Virus record (IMG/VR): IMGVR_UViG_3300033150_001333
Coordinates: 1 to 57,375 of that record
Direction: 5' to 3' (one strand)
Length of the DNA stretch: 57,375 nucleotides
Origin: a virus
Lineage: Duplodnaviria > Caudoviricetes
The notes under the pieces were generated by a model. That model had not been told where the DNA came from. It searched no databases and saw nothing but the letters and a program-made list of their open reading frames with translations. The position numbers and the translations under genes are program-made. Below, in pieces: positions 26,023 through 38,800 of the stretch (the first letter of the stretch is position 1; every line of letters begins with the position of its first letter).

Positions 26023-27209
26023 TGACTATTACGGACGGGAAAGGTGATTTAATTTATTCCAGTAGAGATTTAAAAAGAAAATTTCCAGAACAAGGTTTTT
26101 ATAACCATATCAAAATTGATACTAGTGGTATAGTTTTAAGTAATAGTTGCCGTCCTTTTTTAGATATAGATGGGAATGCTATAAATGATGGTAGTATTCC
26201 TGATAGTAAAATAATAGATGTAGATTTTGCCAAAATAAAAAATGTTTTAATAGATACAGCACAAATTAAAGATGCTGCCATTACAACTGCTAAGATAGCC
26301 GACCTTGCCGTAACAAATGCCAAAATAGCAAATGCTGCTATTACTAATGCCAAAATAGCTAATTTAGCCGTAACAAATGCTAAAATAGCTGACTTATCTG
26401 CTTCAAAAATCAATGCAGGATATATTGTTACTACTCAATTAGAGGCAGGTTCTAATCCTTCCACTGGATGTATTTTGGACGGTAATGGTTTACGAGCCTA
26501 TAAATCAGGCACAAAGATGGTGGATATAAGCGAAGACCCATTTTTTAGAGGTGTAGGGCATTTTGGGGATGATAATTTTTTTATAGAAATAGGGAATGAT
26601 ACTTATCCAGGATATATTTTGTTTGAAAAAGATAGTGAATACAAAACGCAGATTTATATAGCAGGGACAAATTATAATGAGTTATATATTACTGCAAAAA
26701 GTAGAATACACTTTTTCCCTGGAAGCGCAGTGCGGTTTAGGGTCACTGATACAGAAAATATTTCAATCACTCTTCGTCCTTGGTCAGATGCCGCTTCTGA
26801 CCTTGGAACATCCTCTTATGCATGGAACAATGTTTATTATTGTGTGGCAAATGATGTTTGCTCGCTTGGAGTAGTAGAAGAAATATCAAATCCACTTGAA
26901 CTGCTTAAAAATATTAAGGTCAGTAAAGACAAATATACCCCAAAAGAAATCCCTAAGGCAGATTACAAAACTCTACCCAAATTTATTAAAACGGTAAAGT
27001 ATAGTGATTTAAAAAAGAGTAAGAAAAACTTTAAAGAACATTTACAAAGCGTTTTATCTAAAAATGCAGAAGTAACTTATGAGGATGATAAAAAAGTAAC
27101 TGTAAAAATAGAGGCATTAGATATAACAGCAACAATAAGTCTATTATTAGGGGCTATAAGACAATTAAGTGAGAAGATAGAAGCATTAGAAAGGGGTAAT
27201 ATACAATGA
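26022..27209 (+). CDS. Tail fibre/needle with 10-aa repeats and chaperone-like coiled-coil end
   Basis: AITTAKIADL/AVTNAKIANA/AITNAKIANL/AVTNAKIADL; ends LLLGAIRQLSEKIEALE. Confidence 0.75.
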   Translation: MTITDGKGDLIYSSRDLKRKFPEQGFYNHIKIDTSGIVLSNSCRPFLDIDGNAINDGSIPDSKIIDVDFAKIKNVLIDTAQIKDAAITTAKIADLAVTNAKIANAAITNAKIANLAVTNAKIADLSASKINAGYIVTTQLEAGSNPSTGCILDGNGLRAYKSGTKMVDISEDPFFRGVGHFGDDNFFIEIGNDTYPGYILFEKDSEYKTQIYIAGTNYNELYITAKSRIHFFPGSAVRFRVTDTENISITLRPWSDAASDLGTSSYAWNNVYYCVANDVCSLGVVEEISNPLELLKNIKVSKDKYTPKEIPKADYKTLPKFIKTVKYSDLKKSKKNFKEHLQSVLSKNAEVTYEDDKKVTVKIEALDITATISLLLGAIRQLSEKIEALERGNIQ

Positions 27210-27394
27210 AAGAATTAAAACAAAAAATTATGGAAATACTTGCTGTATTTAAACAAGAAGAATTAGGTAATAGGCTTTCTCAATTTTCTATAAATGGTCT
27301 AATTATAGCAATTGATAATGTATTTGAGGAAGAAATGAAGAAAGATAAAAAGGAGGAAAAGATAAATGGCAAAGATGTTCAAAAGAACAAGTGA
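27206..27394 (+). CDS. Small fibre-associated protein
   Basis: ATGA coupling to fibre gene. Confidence 0.6.
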   Translation: MKELKQKIMEILAVFKQEELGNRLSQFSINGLIIAIDNVFEEEMKKDKKEEKINGKDVQKNK

Positions 27395-27977
27395 TACTGA
27401 TATGGTAGGAACTTTTCTTGCACTGCAAAAAGTAAGTGATAAGTATCCCTGGGGTAATGGTTTTACTTATCTTTTAATGCTTAATCCTTCTCCTTCAGAT
27501 TTGGATGGTGATGATACATTGGATTATGAAGAAAAAACAAATATTACTGATACTTCTGAAGCATTACAAATTGGTAAGACTTTTGTATTTGCAGATTTAT
27601 TACCTGCAGATGGTAATTTACCAAGAGTTGCACGTGGCGGTTATGTTAGGGCTGTGGTGCAGGCTGGCATTGCAAGAACAGGTAGCACTGATGGAAATGT
27701 TTATCTGACTAAAATCACTTTTGACCTGGGCTATGTAGATTCCAGCAGCAACTTTATTTCTAAATCTAGTGCAAACGCAACACCTAATTTTCACACAAAT
27801 GAGACGGATTATCAGCTTTGTAGTAGCCAAGTTTGGCTTGATTATAATTTTGATATACCTAGCGGGTATATGCTTGCTCTGCGAGTAAGGCTTTATGGTT
27901 ATATTGCTACAACTGAAAGTGGTAAGATGAAATTGTGTTGTAGTAGGGGCTCTTCCGACAGTTATCTGGAGTTTTAG
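27366..27977 (+). CDS. Putative beta-rich virion protein
   Basis: GGAGG SD; tail region. Confidence 0.65.
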   Translation: MAKMFKRTSDTDMVGTFLALQKVSDKYPWGNGFTYLLMLNPSPSDLDGDDTLDYEEKTNITDTSEALQIGKTFVFADLLPADGNLPRVARGGYVRAVVQAGIARTGSTDGNVYLTKITFDLGYVDSSSNFISKSSANATPNFHTNETDYQLCSSQVWLDYNFDIPSGYMLALRVRLYGYIATTESGKMKLCCSRGSSDSYLEF

Positions 27978-28158
27978 GAGGTGAATATGAAAGTTTTGGG
28001 CTTGTCATATTATCCACTGGATTGCAGGTTAGGAAAATGGTCGCCAGATGAAGTCCGTGAAAACATGTATCGCTCACCAATTTACAGAATGTTGCGAAGC
28101 TTGCCACACAGCATGATATATACGAGAGTGCCTTGGAAACAGATACAAGGAGGAAATT

Positions 28159-28365
28159 GTGCCAAGTAGAAGTAGGGCTCAACACCGTTTAATGAGTATG
28201 GCTTATTGTTATAAGAAAGGACAATGCAAATTATCAAATTTTCCTATAGGTGTAAGAAAGAAAATACAAAAAATAGCTAAGAATATGACTTTGAGCCAAT
28301 TAAGAGATTTTGCTAAGACAAAAGAAACTGGATTGCCATATAGAAAGAAAAAACGGAGGAAATGA
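28159..28365 (+). CDS. DUF3008-like basic phage protein
   Basis: MPSRSRAQHRLM...KNMTLSQLRDFAKTKETGLP. Confidence 0.75.
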   Translation: MPSRSRAQHRLMSMAYCYKKGQCKLSNFPIGVRKKIQKIAKNMTLSQLRDFAKTKETGLPYRKKKRRK

Positions 28366-28586
28366 AAATGCCATCTAACAGTAATAATCTTATTGGGATT
28401 ATTAACAGAGAGACATTTGAAACATTAGATACTGAACAAAAGTTGCAATTGATTTATGGAATTTTACTTGAGATACAAAAAGAAATGAAAACAAAAAAGC
28501 GAGCAGATAAATTTTTTAGTTTTGTTGGCGGAGTTATAGGTGGCATTCTTTTTTGGTTAGGCATAAAAATAAATAAAGGAGGATAG
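28362..28586 (+). CDS. Small protein with C-terminal TM helix (holin-like candidate)
   Basis: FFSFVGGVIGGILFWLG. Confidence 0.5.
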   Translation: MKMPSNSNNLIGIINRETFETLDTEQKLQLIYGILLEIQKEMKTKKRADKFFSFVGGVIGGILFWLGIKINKGG

Positions 28587-28594
28587 AATATATT

Positions 28595-29566
28595 ATGTAT
28601 CAGGCAAGTGGTTATTTAGAAGTAAATGGCACTAAATTTCCTGTTGTTATGGATAATGGTATTTATTATTTAATGGACCCAAATACAGAACAAGCCATTG
28701 CTTATTTTAATCCTAGCGACCCTAATTTACAAATTATGGATTATAATACAAATCAACCTATAGGAGTATTTGACTATAATAATAACAGAGTAATTGGTAT
28801 TGGTGCTTATGAAGGGATTGTAGGTTCTTATAGACCTTTTACATCTGCAACAATAAATGAAGTTTTTACTCCTATTGGAGAAACTGTTATAGGCAATACT
28901 CAATATTTTGTTGCTCCATATCAAGGTAAGAATTGGCTTATAAATCCACAAACAGGTGAAGCTCCTTTTTATGCAGATGATAATGGGAATATTTATGATG
29001 CTGTAACAGGCCAAATAGTGGGGAAAGGACAACCAGACCCAACTTCACCTACTGGTGCATGGACTGTTACTATTGGTAATGCCATAGGTGCTTATCAGCC
29101 TTATCAAGCAGGATTTAATATTCCTACTAATTTATTTCCTTTTACCACAAGAGAGCAAGAAGAGCAAAGTTGGCAAGAAAGTCAAAGCCGTCAATATTTG
29201 CCTGAATGGGCAGCTAAATTATTAGAAGAAATAGTAACTACTTTAAAAAATCCATCTGCTTTTGCTTATTCTGTTAAACCTGCAATAAATCAAGCATTTA
29301 CTAGAACATTAGGAGAGTTAGCTAAAAGAGGAGTGATAGGTGGACGTGCTGGCGGTAGTAGTGTTGTTTCTAAAGCGTTAGGAGAAGTAGGTAGAGCTAT
29401 ACCTCAAGCATGGGGACAAACATTAATAGGTGCAGGAGGGTTGTTAGGGCAGGCAAGAGAAGCTACTGCACAAAGTAGTGGTGGTGGTTGGGGACGGTCT
29501 TATACTTACCAGGCCAATCCTTTAGCACCATATACTTTAATGGGAAGTTTATTAGACTTATTATAG
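28595..29566 (+). CDS. Putative ejection/internal virion protein with duplicated N-terminal domain
   Basis: Two similar modules (YLMDPNT...IMDYNTNQPIG...GSYRPF; WLINPQT...IYDAVTGQIVG...GAYQPY) then Gly/Ala-rich LAKRG..G. Confidence 0.6.
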   Translation: MYQASGYLEVNGTKFPVVMDNGIYYLMDPNTEQAIAYFNPSDPNLQIMDYNTNQPIGVFDYNNNRVIGIGAYEGIVGSYRPFTSATINEVFTPIGETVIGNTQYFVAPYQGKNWLINPQTGEAPFYADDNGNIYDAVTGQIVGKGQPDPTSPTGAWTVTIGNAIGAYQPYQAGFNIPTNLFPFTTREQEEQSWQESQSRQYLPEWAAKLLEEIVTTLKNPSAFAYSVKPAINQAFTRTLGELAKRGVIGGRAGGSSVVSKALGEVGRAIPQAWGQTLIGAGGLLGQAREATAQSSGGGWGRSYTYQANPLAPYTLMGSLLDLL

Positions 29567-29576
29567 GAGGCTAAAG

Positions 29577-29975
29577 ATGGATTATATTAAAATTAAAGCT
29601 ATATTAACAAATGCTTTAATGAATGGAGATATGCAAACTACTGCAGCTATTCTTGCTCAATTAGGTATTGACCCTAATATTGCTTTAACATATATGAATG
29701 CTATTACTCCAAGGATACCAGGTGAAGTTCCAGCAAATAGTTTATTTGATTTATTAGGAGCAACTCCTAGAATGTCTCAATTACAGCCTCCCCCTGCTAC
29801 TACTCAGCAACAACAACCACAAATTCCTACTCTTCCTCAATCTCAATTTAAATTAAATCTTAAATCTTCTACTCCTGATATAAATAAGAATTTGTATTGG
29901 CAACCTGGGCAAACGCCTAATACTACAACTACTACCAGTCGTAAGAAAGACCTTATTTCTTTATTAGGGCTATAA
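29577..29975 (+). CDS. Putative internal virion protein, Gln/Pro/Thr-rich
   Basis: Position and composition. Confidence 0.55.
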   Translation: MDYIKIKAILTNALMNGDMQTTAAILAQLGIDPNIALTYMNAITPRIPGEVPANSLFDLLGATPRMSQLQPPPATTQQQQPQIPTLPQSQFKLNLKSSTPDINKNLYWQPGQTPNTTTTTSRKKDLISLLGL

Positions 29976-29977
29976 AA

Positions 29978-30436
29978 ATGAAAGGCATTTTAATTGCAAA
30001 TGATGCTATTTGGCAAAAGTATAAAGAGCAATTACTTCCCTTAATGGAAGATTATAATAAAAGAGCTAAAAAGCATTGTGTATTTAATGATTATAAAGAT
30101 TGGGATATGGTAGAGTGGATAGATAATTTTATAAATTATCCACAAATTATGATGTGTGCTATTTGGGATGAAGAAAAAGATAAATTTATTGGATTTGTTG
30201 TTTTTGAGATAGTAAATTTCGTAGATATGATAATCTTATTCTGGAGACAAACTTATGTTATTCCTGAAATAAACTTTTCAAAAATTATTGGGAATATAAT
30301 AGAAATTATAACGCCAATTTCTTTATTTTTAGGAATAAATTTATGGATAACTTTAAGTTTGAGTGATTCAATAAATAAAGTTTTAAAGAAATATGATGTT
30401 ACTCATAGTGGATATTTTTGGAAGATAAAAATATAG
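29978..30436 (+). CDS. GNAT-like acetyltransferase (putative)
   Basis: CAIWDEEKDKFIGFVVFEI...QTYVIPE; GNATs occupy this position in many podoviruses. Confidence 0.5.
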   Translation: MKGILIANDAIWQKYKEQLLPLMEDYNKRAKKHCVFNDYKDWDMVEWIDNFINYPQIMMCAIWDEEKDKFIGFVVFEIVNFVDMIILFWRQTYVIPEINFSKIIGNIIEIITPISLFLGINLWITLSLSDSINKVLKKYDVTHSGYFWKIKI

Positions 30437-30450
30437 TAAGGGGGTGAATT

Positions 30451-31236
30451 ATGCCAGCACCAGTAGCTGCAGCAGGAATAATTGGAGCGAGCACTTTAGG
30501 TGCAGCAGCTTTGAGTAAAGGAGGCCAAAAAGCAGGTAAAGTTCCTAGACCTTCAGCAGAAGAAAGGTCACTTCAAAAAGCTTTATTACCTTTATTATTA
30601 TCTTCTTTATATGAAAAACCTGAAGATGCTTTACGTGCTCCTAAAAGTTGGACACAAGAAGAATGGGAAGCTTATTTAAGGGAAACAGGTATCCCTGTTG
30701 ATTTAGTTAAATCAGGTATTTTAAGTAAGTATAAAAAAACAATTGATGAGATTGAGAAAATGATTGCTGGTATGTCAGAAAGAGAAAAAGAAGAGCTTGC
30801 ACCAATTATTGAAGATTATGAAAGATATAAAAAATCTTTAGAACCAGGGTTAAAATCAGTTCCATTATCGCTTGGTGGTAGATATATAGGTAGTGCTTTC
30901 CCAGCTAGAAGGGCAGATTTCTTACGCTTATTATTAGGAGAAGAAGCAAAAACCATAACACAATCTTATAATAGATTATTACAAGAAGCTCAAGAAAGAG
31001 AACGCTTAGCTGGTGCAAGATTGGGATTATTTGAATATCCTTATAGTTTGTATAAAACAATGCTTACTGCACGATATGGAGTTTCTCCAGTGCAAACGAC
31101 AGGAGTATTACCAGGGCTTTTTGCAGGATTAGGAACGGCAGGAGGACAAATTTTGGGACAAATTTTAACTAAAAAGCCAACTACAACAAATTTAGGGGCT
31201 AAATTCCCTACTAATTATGTGCCCTTAACTTATTAA
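30451..31236 (+). CDS. Ejection protein (P22 gp7-like)
   Basis: Gly/Ala-rich hydrophobic termini around a coiled coil. Confidence 0.65.
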   Translation: MPAPVAAAGIIGASTLGAAALSKGGQKAGKVPRPSAEERSLQKALLPLLLSSLYEKPEDALRAPKSWTQEEWEAYLRETGIPVDLVKSGILSKYKKTIDEIEKMIAGMSEREKEELAPIIEDYERYKKSLEPGLKSVPLSLGGRYIGSAFPARRADFLRLLLGEEAKTITQSYNRLLQEAQERERLAGARLGLFEYPYSLYKTMLTARYGVSPVQTTGVLPGLFAGLGTAGGQILGQILTKKPTTTNLGAKFPTNYVPLTY

Positions 31237-31246
31237 GGAGGTAATA

Positions 31247-32839
31247 ATGGCTTTTTCAGATTTTATAAAAAGTCCAGAATTTTTAGGATTACTTTTAGCA
31301 GGGTTAGGTGGAGCTTCTATGGCTAATTTGCCTCCCAGTATTGGCATTCCTGCTGCCCAAAGTTTAGGAGCTGGTATAGGTGCAGGATTAGCCAAATATA
31401 GAGAAGCAAAGGATTTTAAAGAAAAGGTAAGAATTATTAGTGATGCTGTTAAAAATAAAAATATATCTATCTCTGAAATAAATGCAATGTTAAATGAAAT
31501 TCCTGATGAAGATAGACGGAAAAAGATAGAACTTCTTATTAAGCCTTACTTAGAGCAAAAAAAATTACAAGTAATGGATGAGATGTATAAAAGATATATA
31601 AATGGAGATATAAGTGGGGCTGAACAATTAGGGATGTTAAATGGTATTAATTTATATGATAAAGAAGTGCAAAATTATTTTGCTACAAAACATGCACTAG
31701 GGCCAGCAGGTATTACTCAAAATATATTTAGGCAGAACATCCCTCAAACGCCAATGGTTAATATAAATATTCCACAGACACGTCAAGAATTTATGAGAAC
31801 TCCTGTAACTCAAGCAATAACTCCAATTGTTAGGTCAACAAGGCCATTAACATCTATAACAGGGCAACCTACACAGCAACCGTCAATAGCAAGTATGCCT
31901 CCTAGTGGGATGGAGAGATTTCCTGCTAAAACAAGCTCTTATAATGTTCCTAGCACAGGATTAGGGCAAGGAATTGCTAGTTATTTAAGTAGGCTTTCTG
32001 GCCCAGAATTATTATTAGCAAGCAAAAGTCCAGCTTTTCATCCTTTAGTAGATTATCTATTTAAAGACATATTAGCAAGAGAACGATGGGTAAGAGAAAG
32101 GAAAGGAAAAGAATTAGATTGGCAAATAAAGATGCAAACTCCTAAAACAGAATTTAGAGTTATTAATAGTGAAGGTTATACAATAACTTATCTCCCAACT
32201 GGAGATATTGTGAATGTAAACAAAACAAAACTTTCAGAAGATTTAGGCAAGATTGAAAATATCATTGCTTATAATGATAAGGTTTATATTATTCCGCAAG
32301 GAAGAAAAGCTGTATCAATAAGTGATATTAAAGATAAAACACTTAAAAGAGACTATTTAATGACAGCTCTAGGATTTGTAGATAATGAAATAAAGGCTCT
32401 TTTATCTAAAATAGGAACGGCTAAATTATCAGCTTCTGAATTGAGAAATTTAAGAAATTTTGCTATGAGACTTAATATTAGTGATGAAGATTTAGATAAA
32501 TTAATGAAAGAAGCAGAAGCACAAGGCGTTAATATAGGATTACCTAAAACAGAAGAAGTTAAAGACCCAGAAGAAATAATAAGGTATATGAATAAATTAG
32601 AAAATACAAGGCAAGTAATTTTAGATAATCTTAGTAAATTAGGAATGAAGAAAAAAGAAATAGAAAGGATTAAACGGTTAGATGCAGAAAAAATACCGCA
32701 GGGGATAGAAATTACTGAGAAAACTTCTACGCAAACCCTTAGTGATGAAGAAGTGCTTAAACGCTATCCAGATGCAAAGAAAGCACCTGATGGAAATTGG
32801 TATGTTAAAAGAAATGGGAAATGGTATAGAATTGAGTAA
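31247..32839 (+). CDS. Ejection protein (P22 gp20-like)
   Basis: Gly-rich hydrophobic N-terminus, helical body, C-terminal YPDAKKAPDGNWYVKRNGKWYRIE. Confidence 0.65.
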   Translation: MAFSDFIKSPEFLGLLLAGLGGASMANLPPSIGIPAAQSLGAGIGAGLAKYREAKDFKEKVRIISDAVKNKNISISEINAMLNEIPDEDRRKKIELLIKPYLEQKKLQVMDEMYKRYINGDISGAEQLGMLNGINLYDKEVQNYFATKHALGPAGITQNIFRQNIPQTPMVNINIPQTRQEFMRTPVTQAITPIVRSTRPLTSITGQPTQQPSIASMPPSGMERFPAKTSSYNVPSTGLGQGIASYLSRLSGPELLLASKSPAFHPLVDYLFKDILARERWVRERKGKELDWQIKMQTPKTEFRVINSEGYTITYLPTGDIVNVNKTKLSEDLGKIENIIAYNDKVYIIPQGRKAVSISDIKDKTLKRDYLMTALGFVDNEIKALLSKIGTAKLSASELRNLRNFAMRLNISDEDLDKLMKEAEAQGVNIGLPKTEEVKDPEEIIRYMNKLENTRQVILDNLSKLGMKKKEIERIKRLDAEKIPQGIEITEKTSTQTLSDEEVLKRYPDAKKAPDGNWYVKRNGKWYRIE

Positions 32840-32852
32840 ATAGGAGAAAAAC

Positions 32853-35800
32853 ATGCCATTAACCCCAGTTGACTATGACCCTTTTAAAGAAGAAAAACAA
32901 TCTTCAAAAAAATTAACAAAAAAACAAAAAGCAAAATTAGTTCCCGTTGATTATGACCCTTTTGCTTCTGAAAAAAAGCAACCAGAAATCAGTGCTGAAA
33001 AAGGTATCCCACAATACCTCATCCCTTTTAGTAAATACCTAGGTATAGAACCAACTTATGTAAAACCAGGCTCATTTCTTGGTAATTTATTGGCTGTGCC
33101 TCATGCCTTTTTTGAAGCTGGAACGACTGCATTTGAAAGCCCTTATTATATTTTAAAAGGGCTAGGGAAAATATTACGATTACCTTCTTTAGAAAAAGCT
33201 GGCGAATGGGGGATTAAAGGACTTGAACCTACAAGAAGACATCATGAATTAATGCGTAAACAATTATATGTGCCACCTACTTCACCAACAGCACGATTAG
33301 CCCATTCCATTAGTAAAAAAGTAGCAGAAGCAATAGGAAGTTTTGCCCGTCCTGATTTGCCTGTTTTAGTAGCTAGTCCTACAGCTTATGGTTTTCTTAG
33401 TGGATTAGAAACATTAGGAGCAGGAGCTCCACCTACACAAGCTTTAACAGCAGGCATACATGGAATGATAGCAGGTAAAACTTTTGAAGCTGTTAGAGGA
33501 TTAAGTCCTATGCAGGCACTTACTAGAGCCGGGGCTGTTGGAGCTACACCTGAAGTTGCAAGAGGTCTTATTACTGGTAAACCAGAGCAAATTGGTAAAG
33601 GAATAGAGGAAGGACTAAGCCTTGGTATATTTTCTGCATTGGCTACAATAAAAACTCCCTTAGCAAGAGAAATATATAGAAATAAAGTAAAAGCAGGCGT
33701 TCCAAGAGAAAAAGCATTACAAACAGCCTCTTTAGTAGAAGAAACAATTAAATCCTTAGATATTGATAAAGCTAAAAGTCTACCTCTTAAAGAAAAAGAA
33801 ATACAAAAAGTAGAGAAAATCATTAGGGAGATAAGTAAACAAATAGAAGATTTACCAGAAGTTATAAAAGGTAAACGGGGATATAAGACAGAGAAAGGAG
33901 CTAAAATAGGGTTAAGATTGTTTGCTAAAGAAAATAAATTACCAAAAGATATGGATTTAACCCAACATTACAATTTAGAGAAGGACGAAGCAGGTAATTT
34001 TGTTTGGAGAAAGATAACTGAAAAGCCAACGGAAATTAAACCTGCAATTAAACCTAAAGAAGAAGTAAAGCCTCCAGAGGTAGAAATTCCTAAAGAAGAA
34101 AAACCTCCAGCAAAAGAAATCAAAGAAAAGGTTGAAGAAAAGCCTAAGAAAGCCAAACCTTATGAAAGCGTTGAACCTGGCAGTGCAGAATGGATGAAAA
34201 TCTGGAAAGAGCATCCAGAGCTACAAAAGGAGATGGCTGAGATACGCCAGAAACAAATAGTTGAGGAAGGTAAGAAAGAAGAAGCTTTACCAGAGGCTAA
34301 ACCTGAAAAAGAACCTCCCAAAGAAAAACCTCCAGTAGTGCCTTTAACTAAGACACTTTATGAAAATTCCTATCCCATTGAATTAAGTAAGGCCAGTGAG
34401 GTGTTTCCTAAACATAGACTTGGCGTTGATTATGTAGTTAAGCTGGTGGATAAAAATACAGGTAAGGTTACTTGGGCTAGTTTAAGTGAGAAAAGGGCAA
34501 GAGAGTTATTTCCACGGTCTTTTGAAGAAAAGGCTAAGGAAGTTCCTAAAGCAGAAGCTGAATGGCAACCTGTAAAGGATTACAGCAAAGAAATAACTGA
34601 AGGAACTCATGTCAAATGGAAATATAAAGGCAAAGAGGGTGAAGGAATAGCCACAGGCAAGACAGGAAGGCGTAAGACAGGATTTGTTTATCATAAAGTT
34701 AAAACTCCAGAAGGCAAAACAAAATATATGCCTTGGACACCTAAAGCAGAATATTGGATTAAGGCAGAGAAAAAAGTTAAACCTGTTAAAGAAACAAAGG
34801 CAGAGGTTAAAGAAAAAGAACCTATAATAGCTATTTCTAAACGTGAACCTAATTTACAATTTGAAATTGACCGTATAGAAGGAAATAAATTTATTGTAAA
34901 ACGTCCTGTTATTATAAGCACATTGAAAGGAGAAGAAGGGAAAATAGTAGAAACACCTGATAAATATTTAATAGGGCGAGAATATCCCGTTGAGAATTTT
35001 AGATTTGTAACACCCAAAGAATATGTAGCAGAAGTAAAAACAAAAGAAGCAAAAATAAAAGCAGAAAGAGAAGCACAAAGGGAAACAGAACGAAAAAAAC
35101 AGGAAGAAATTAAACAAGCACTTAAAGCCAAGCCAGTTACAGATAAGTATTATATTTATTTAAAGGACAAAGGTTTTGAGGAAGTTGAGAAAGCCTATCC
35201 TGTTAAAATCTCAGGGTTTGAAAAGTATGATTTATTTGCCCATAAGGTAGGTAAAAAATGGAAAGTTTCTGAAAGTAAAACTGGTGTTGCTATAACAAAA
35301 GCCCTTCCAACCCGTAAAGAAGCAATAAAACAAGCTACTGAAATTTTAAATAGGCATAAAGAAAAATCTGATGAAATGATAGAAGATGCTATAGCCTATG
35401 CGTTATCTCAGACAGGAATTTCTCCACGATATAAGCCTATTTCTAAAGAACCTACAATAACTCAACCCAAAGAAAATTTATATGAAGTGCGTCATCCAGA
35501 GAAAAAGACATGGTATCAAATCAAAGAAGACCCAGAAACAGAGCAATGGAGAGTTATAAAGTTTGAGCCTTATGAAACTATACATGAAGGACAAAAAGTA
35601 ACTGTTAATAAAGCTACTGAAACAAAGTTTTTTAAAACTTTAGAAGAAGCAAAAGATTTTGCTCAAAAAGGAATTATAGGCAAGCCAGTAGAAGTAAAAA
35701 TAAGTTCTTTTGTAAAAGATGCTTATCTGGAAGAATATGGCAAAGAAAAAGGCACACAAGAATTATCAAATTTAAAAAATAAAGTTCAAAAAGCATGGGA

Positions 35801-38800
35801 TATTTTAAAAAAGAAATATCCTCAATATGCTAATAAAATTACTTCAATTACTATTCATAGAATGTCCCCAGAAGATATAGCATTAGGTGGTGTTTCTTCT
35901 ATTGGTAAGAAAGGAGATGTTATTGTTGACCCAACTCATGCTAAAACAGAGCCTATGGAAACGCTTGCTCATGAAATGTTACATGCAACAGGAGCTACTG
36001 AAAAAGAAGCTCGTGCTTTTGAAAAAACTATATCTAAAGAAACTAAATTTTATTCTGGTATCCCTATTGATGAAATAGTTAAAACAGTCAATGAAACAAC
36101 TAAGAAGGTTGTTGATTATATTAAACAAAAAAAGATTGAAAAAGTTGATAAAGCAGAAATAGAACATACAGATAGATTTCTTTCTTTTTATGCTAAACAA
36201 ATACCTAAAGTATTAACTAGACTATATGAAAAAGAACACCTCAAAACAGCTCATCCAGAAACTGTTTATAGAGAGGCTTTAGGTGAATTACCTACTACTA
36301 TGCCTGAAAAAGTTAAAAAGCCAATAGTTAATGCTTTGGATGCTTCAAGAGAACACGATTATAAGCTTAGTGGTTATGAAATAAAAGTTAAAGAAAAATT
36401 ATTAGGTAGTTACAATGCTATTTATAAAATATATGGCAAAAAAGGAATAAAAAGATTTTTTGATTTACTTTCTGCTGAAGCACATAAACGCCATGCAATT
36501 AGTGAAAAACAGTTAAAAGAATTACCACCTGAGTTTCAATTAGCTTATAAAAGAACAAAAGAATATTTATTAAACCCATTAAAAGAATATATGAAGTTTT
36601 TAGAAGAAAAATATCCTGAAGGATATAAAACAGAAGAAATGGCTAAAAAAGCATTAGCTGAAGTTGCAGAAAAGAAACAAATAGAAAATATAGAAAGCTT
36701 ATATACTTTAAAACAAAATAAAGCCAACCTATTTTATTGGGAGAAAAACCCTAATGCTGAAAAAATAGCTAAAAAGAAATTACCTCAAATTATTACAAAA
36801 TGGAATAAAGAATATCAAAAAGTAAAAGAGTTATTAAAACAGGCAGAAAAAGATTATTTTTATCAACCTACTGTTAGAACTCATGAAGATATTATCCTTG
36901 TTCTTAAAAAACCTAAAAAAGAAGGTGCTAAATCTACCGTTGTAGGAGCTTTTGAATTCCCTAATGAAAGGAAAGCTAAACAACAATACAATAGAATGCT
37001 TAAAGGTGATTATACAGCTATTCTTAATTGGTTTAGACGGGTAGGAGATTTAGAAGCTGGAAGAGATTTTGTAAATAACATTAAAAAGGGTGATTATACA
37101 TTAAAGCTTATCAAATTTAAAACAGAGCCTACTTATACTCCTGAAGATATACCTCTACAAAGTGTAATGGGCATTTTATCTAAATACAAAGGGAAACAAA
37201 TCAAAGCTAAAAATCTTCAGGCTAAAGCTATTGCTGAAGATATACAGCGGTTTATTGAGAAGTTTGTTAATCCTATTAGTGTTAAAAGTTTTCATTTAGA
37301 AAAGAAGAATATCCCTGGATGGAGCTTAGACCCTCTTGATAGAAATGATATTTTACTTAGAAGGGTGCTTTCTGAAAAATCTCTTATTGAGAAATTAAAA
37401 CTTTCTGATGTTATAACTAATTCTTTTGCTCAAATAGACCCAGAACAACATCCACAATATTATAAATGGCTTTCTGATTTTAATAAATATATGATGACGC
37501 CTAGAGAACCTGAAACTACTCGCCGTATTCTTTCTGCTTGGAGTATGTGGGGCAATGCAATGTCTGTTATAGCTAATGCTACTCAGTCTTATATTTTAGG
37601 CCCCGCTGTAATAATAGAAAATAAATTAAATCCTGCTAAGTTTTTAAAATATGAAACTGAGTATTTAAGAAAGTATATTGAAAGTGATTACGATAGTAAA
37701 GACTTAGCTTATCTTGAATGGGGAAAGAAAAACGGTGTATTTGCTCCTACAGCATGGAAAGAAGCTATGCTTGGTTTAACGGGAGAGAGAGGAGGAGTAA
37801 TACCCAAGATAGAAGATATAGGTTATGCGGGATTTACTTTTGTTGAGTCTGTTAAAAACAGAATGAATACTTTTCTCTCTGTAGCTAAAATGCTTGAAGA
37901 AAAAGGAATGCCTTTTGAAGAAGCTATGAAAAAAGCTCGTGATATTACTTTTGATATTCATTTTGATATGAATAAATGGAATACGTTGATTAGAAAGAAA
38001 TATCCTAGATTATTTCAAACCTTAATGAGTTTTACATTTCATTCCTTTAAAACATTAAGAAGACTTATTTTTAAATCTTTTCCTTCTGCTAGAGAAAGAA
38101 AATATGCTATAGGTGCATTAGCTACTTTTTATTTAACTCATTTTTTAGTTGGCGGAATGGCAGCTACTCCAGGCGGAGAACTTTTCTGGCAGATGGTTGA
38201 TATTCCCTTTAAAAAAGTTTTTAGGCAATCTATAAAGACTTATTTAATGAATGAATTTTCTGATAAAGAACGCAAAAAATTACGTTTGTTCATACAATAT
38301 GGATTGTTGGGATTGGCAGGATTACCAAGTGTAGCAGATAGAATTGGATTTGGTTATAGAGAAGTAAGTAAACTTAATAATTTTATAGCAGATGCAATGG
38401 CTCATTTAGCTCCTATTCCAGTAATGGTTGCTAATCAAGCTGTTAAAGCTATTAGAATGACGCAAAAGGGATATTCTTGGCCGACTGCTATTTCTCAACA
38501 ATTCTCTCCTACCGTTGTAAGGAATATTTCTAGAACGCTGTATGCAATTAAAAAAGGTTATTTGCCAACATCCTATGGTAAACCTCTGCAAGATATATAT
38601 GGTAATAACTTTGTGCCTACTGGATTAGAAGAAATTGCTATGTCTTTTATTGGTGCAATTCCACCTGAACAACAAGAGATTTATGAAATTAAAGAAGCTC
38701 AAAGAAAAAAAGAAGATATAAGATTGGCTCACTTACACGATATTACTAATGATATAGTATTAGGATACCTTGATAAAGATTATGCACGAATAGGAAGAGG

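Noticed and set aside
26275-26410. 30-bp tandem DNA repeat
   Set aside because: Fully explained by 10-aa protein repeats in the fibre
33386-38591. Short minus-strand ORFs inside the giant gene and similar shadows elsewhere
   Set aside because: Reverse-frame artefacts of biased codon usage, without SD or motifs
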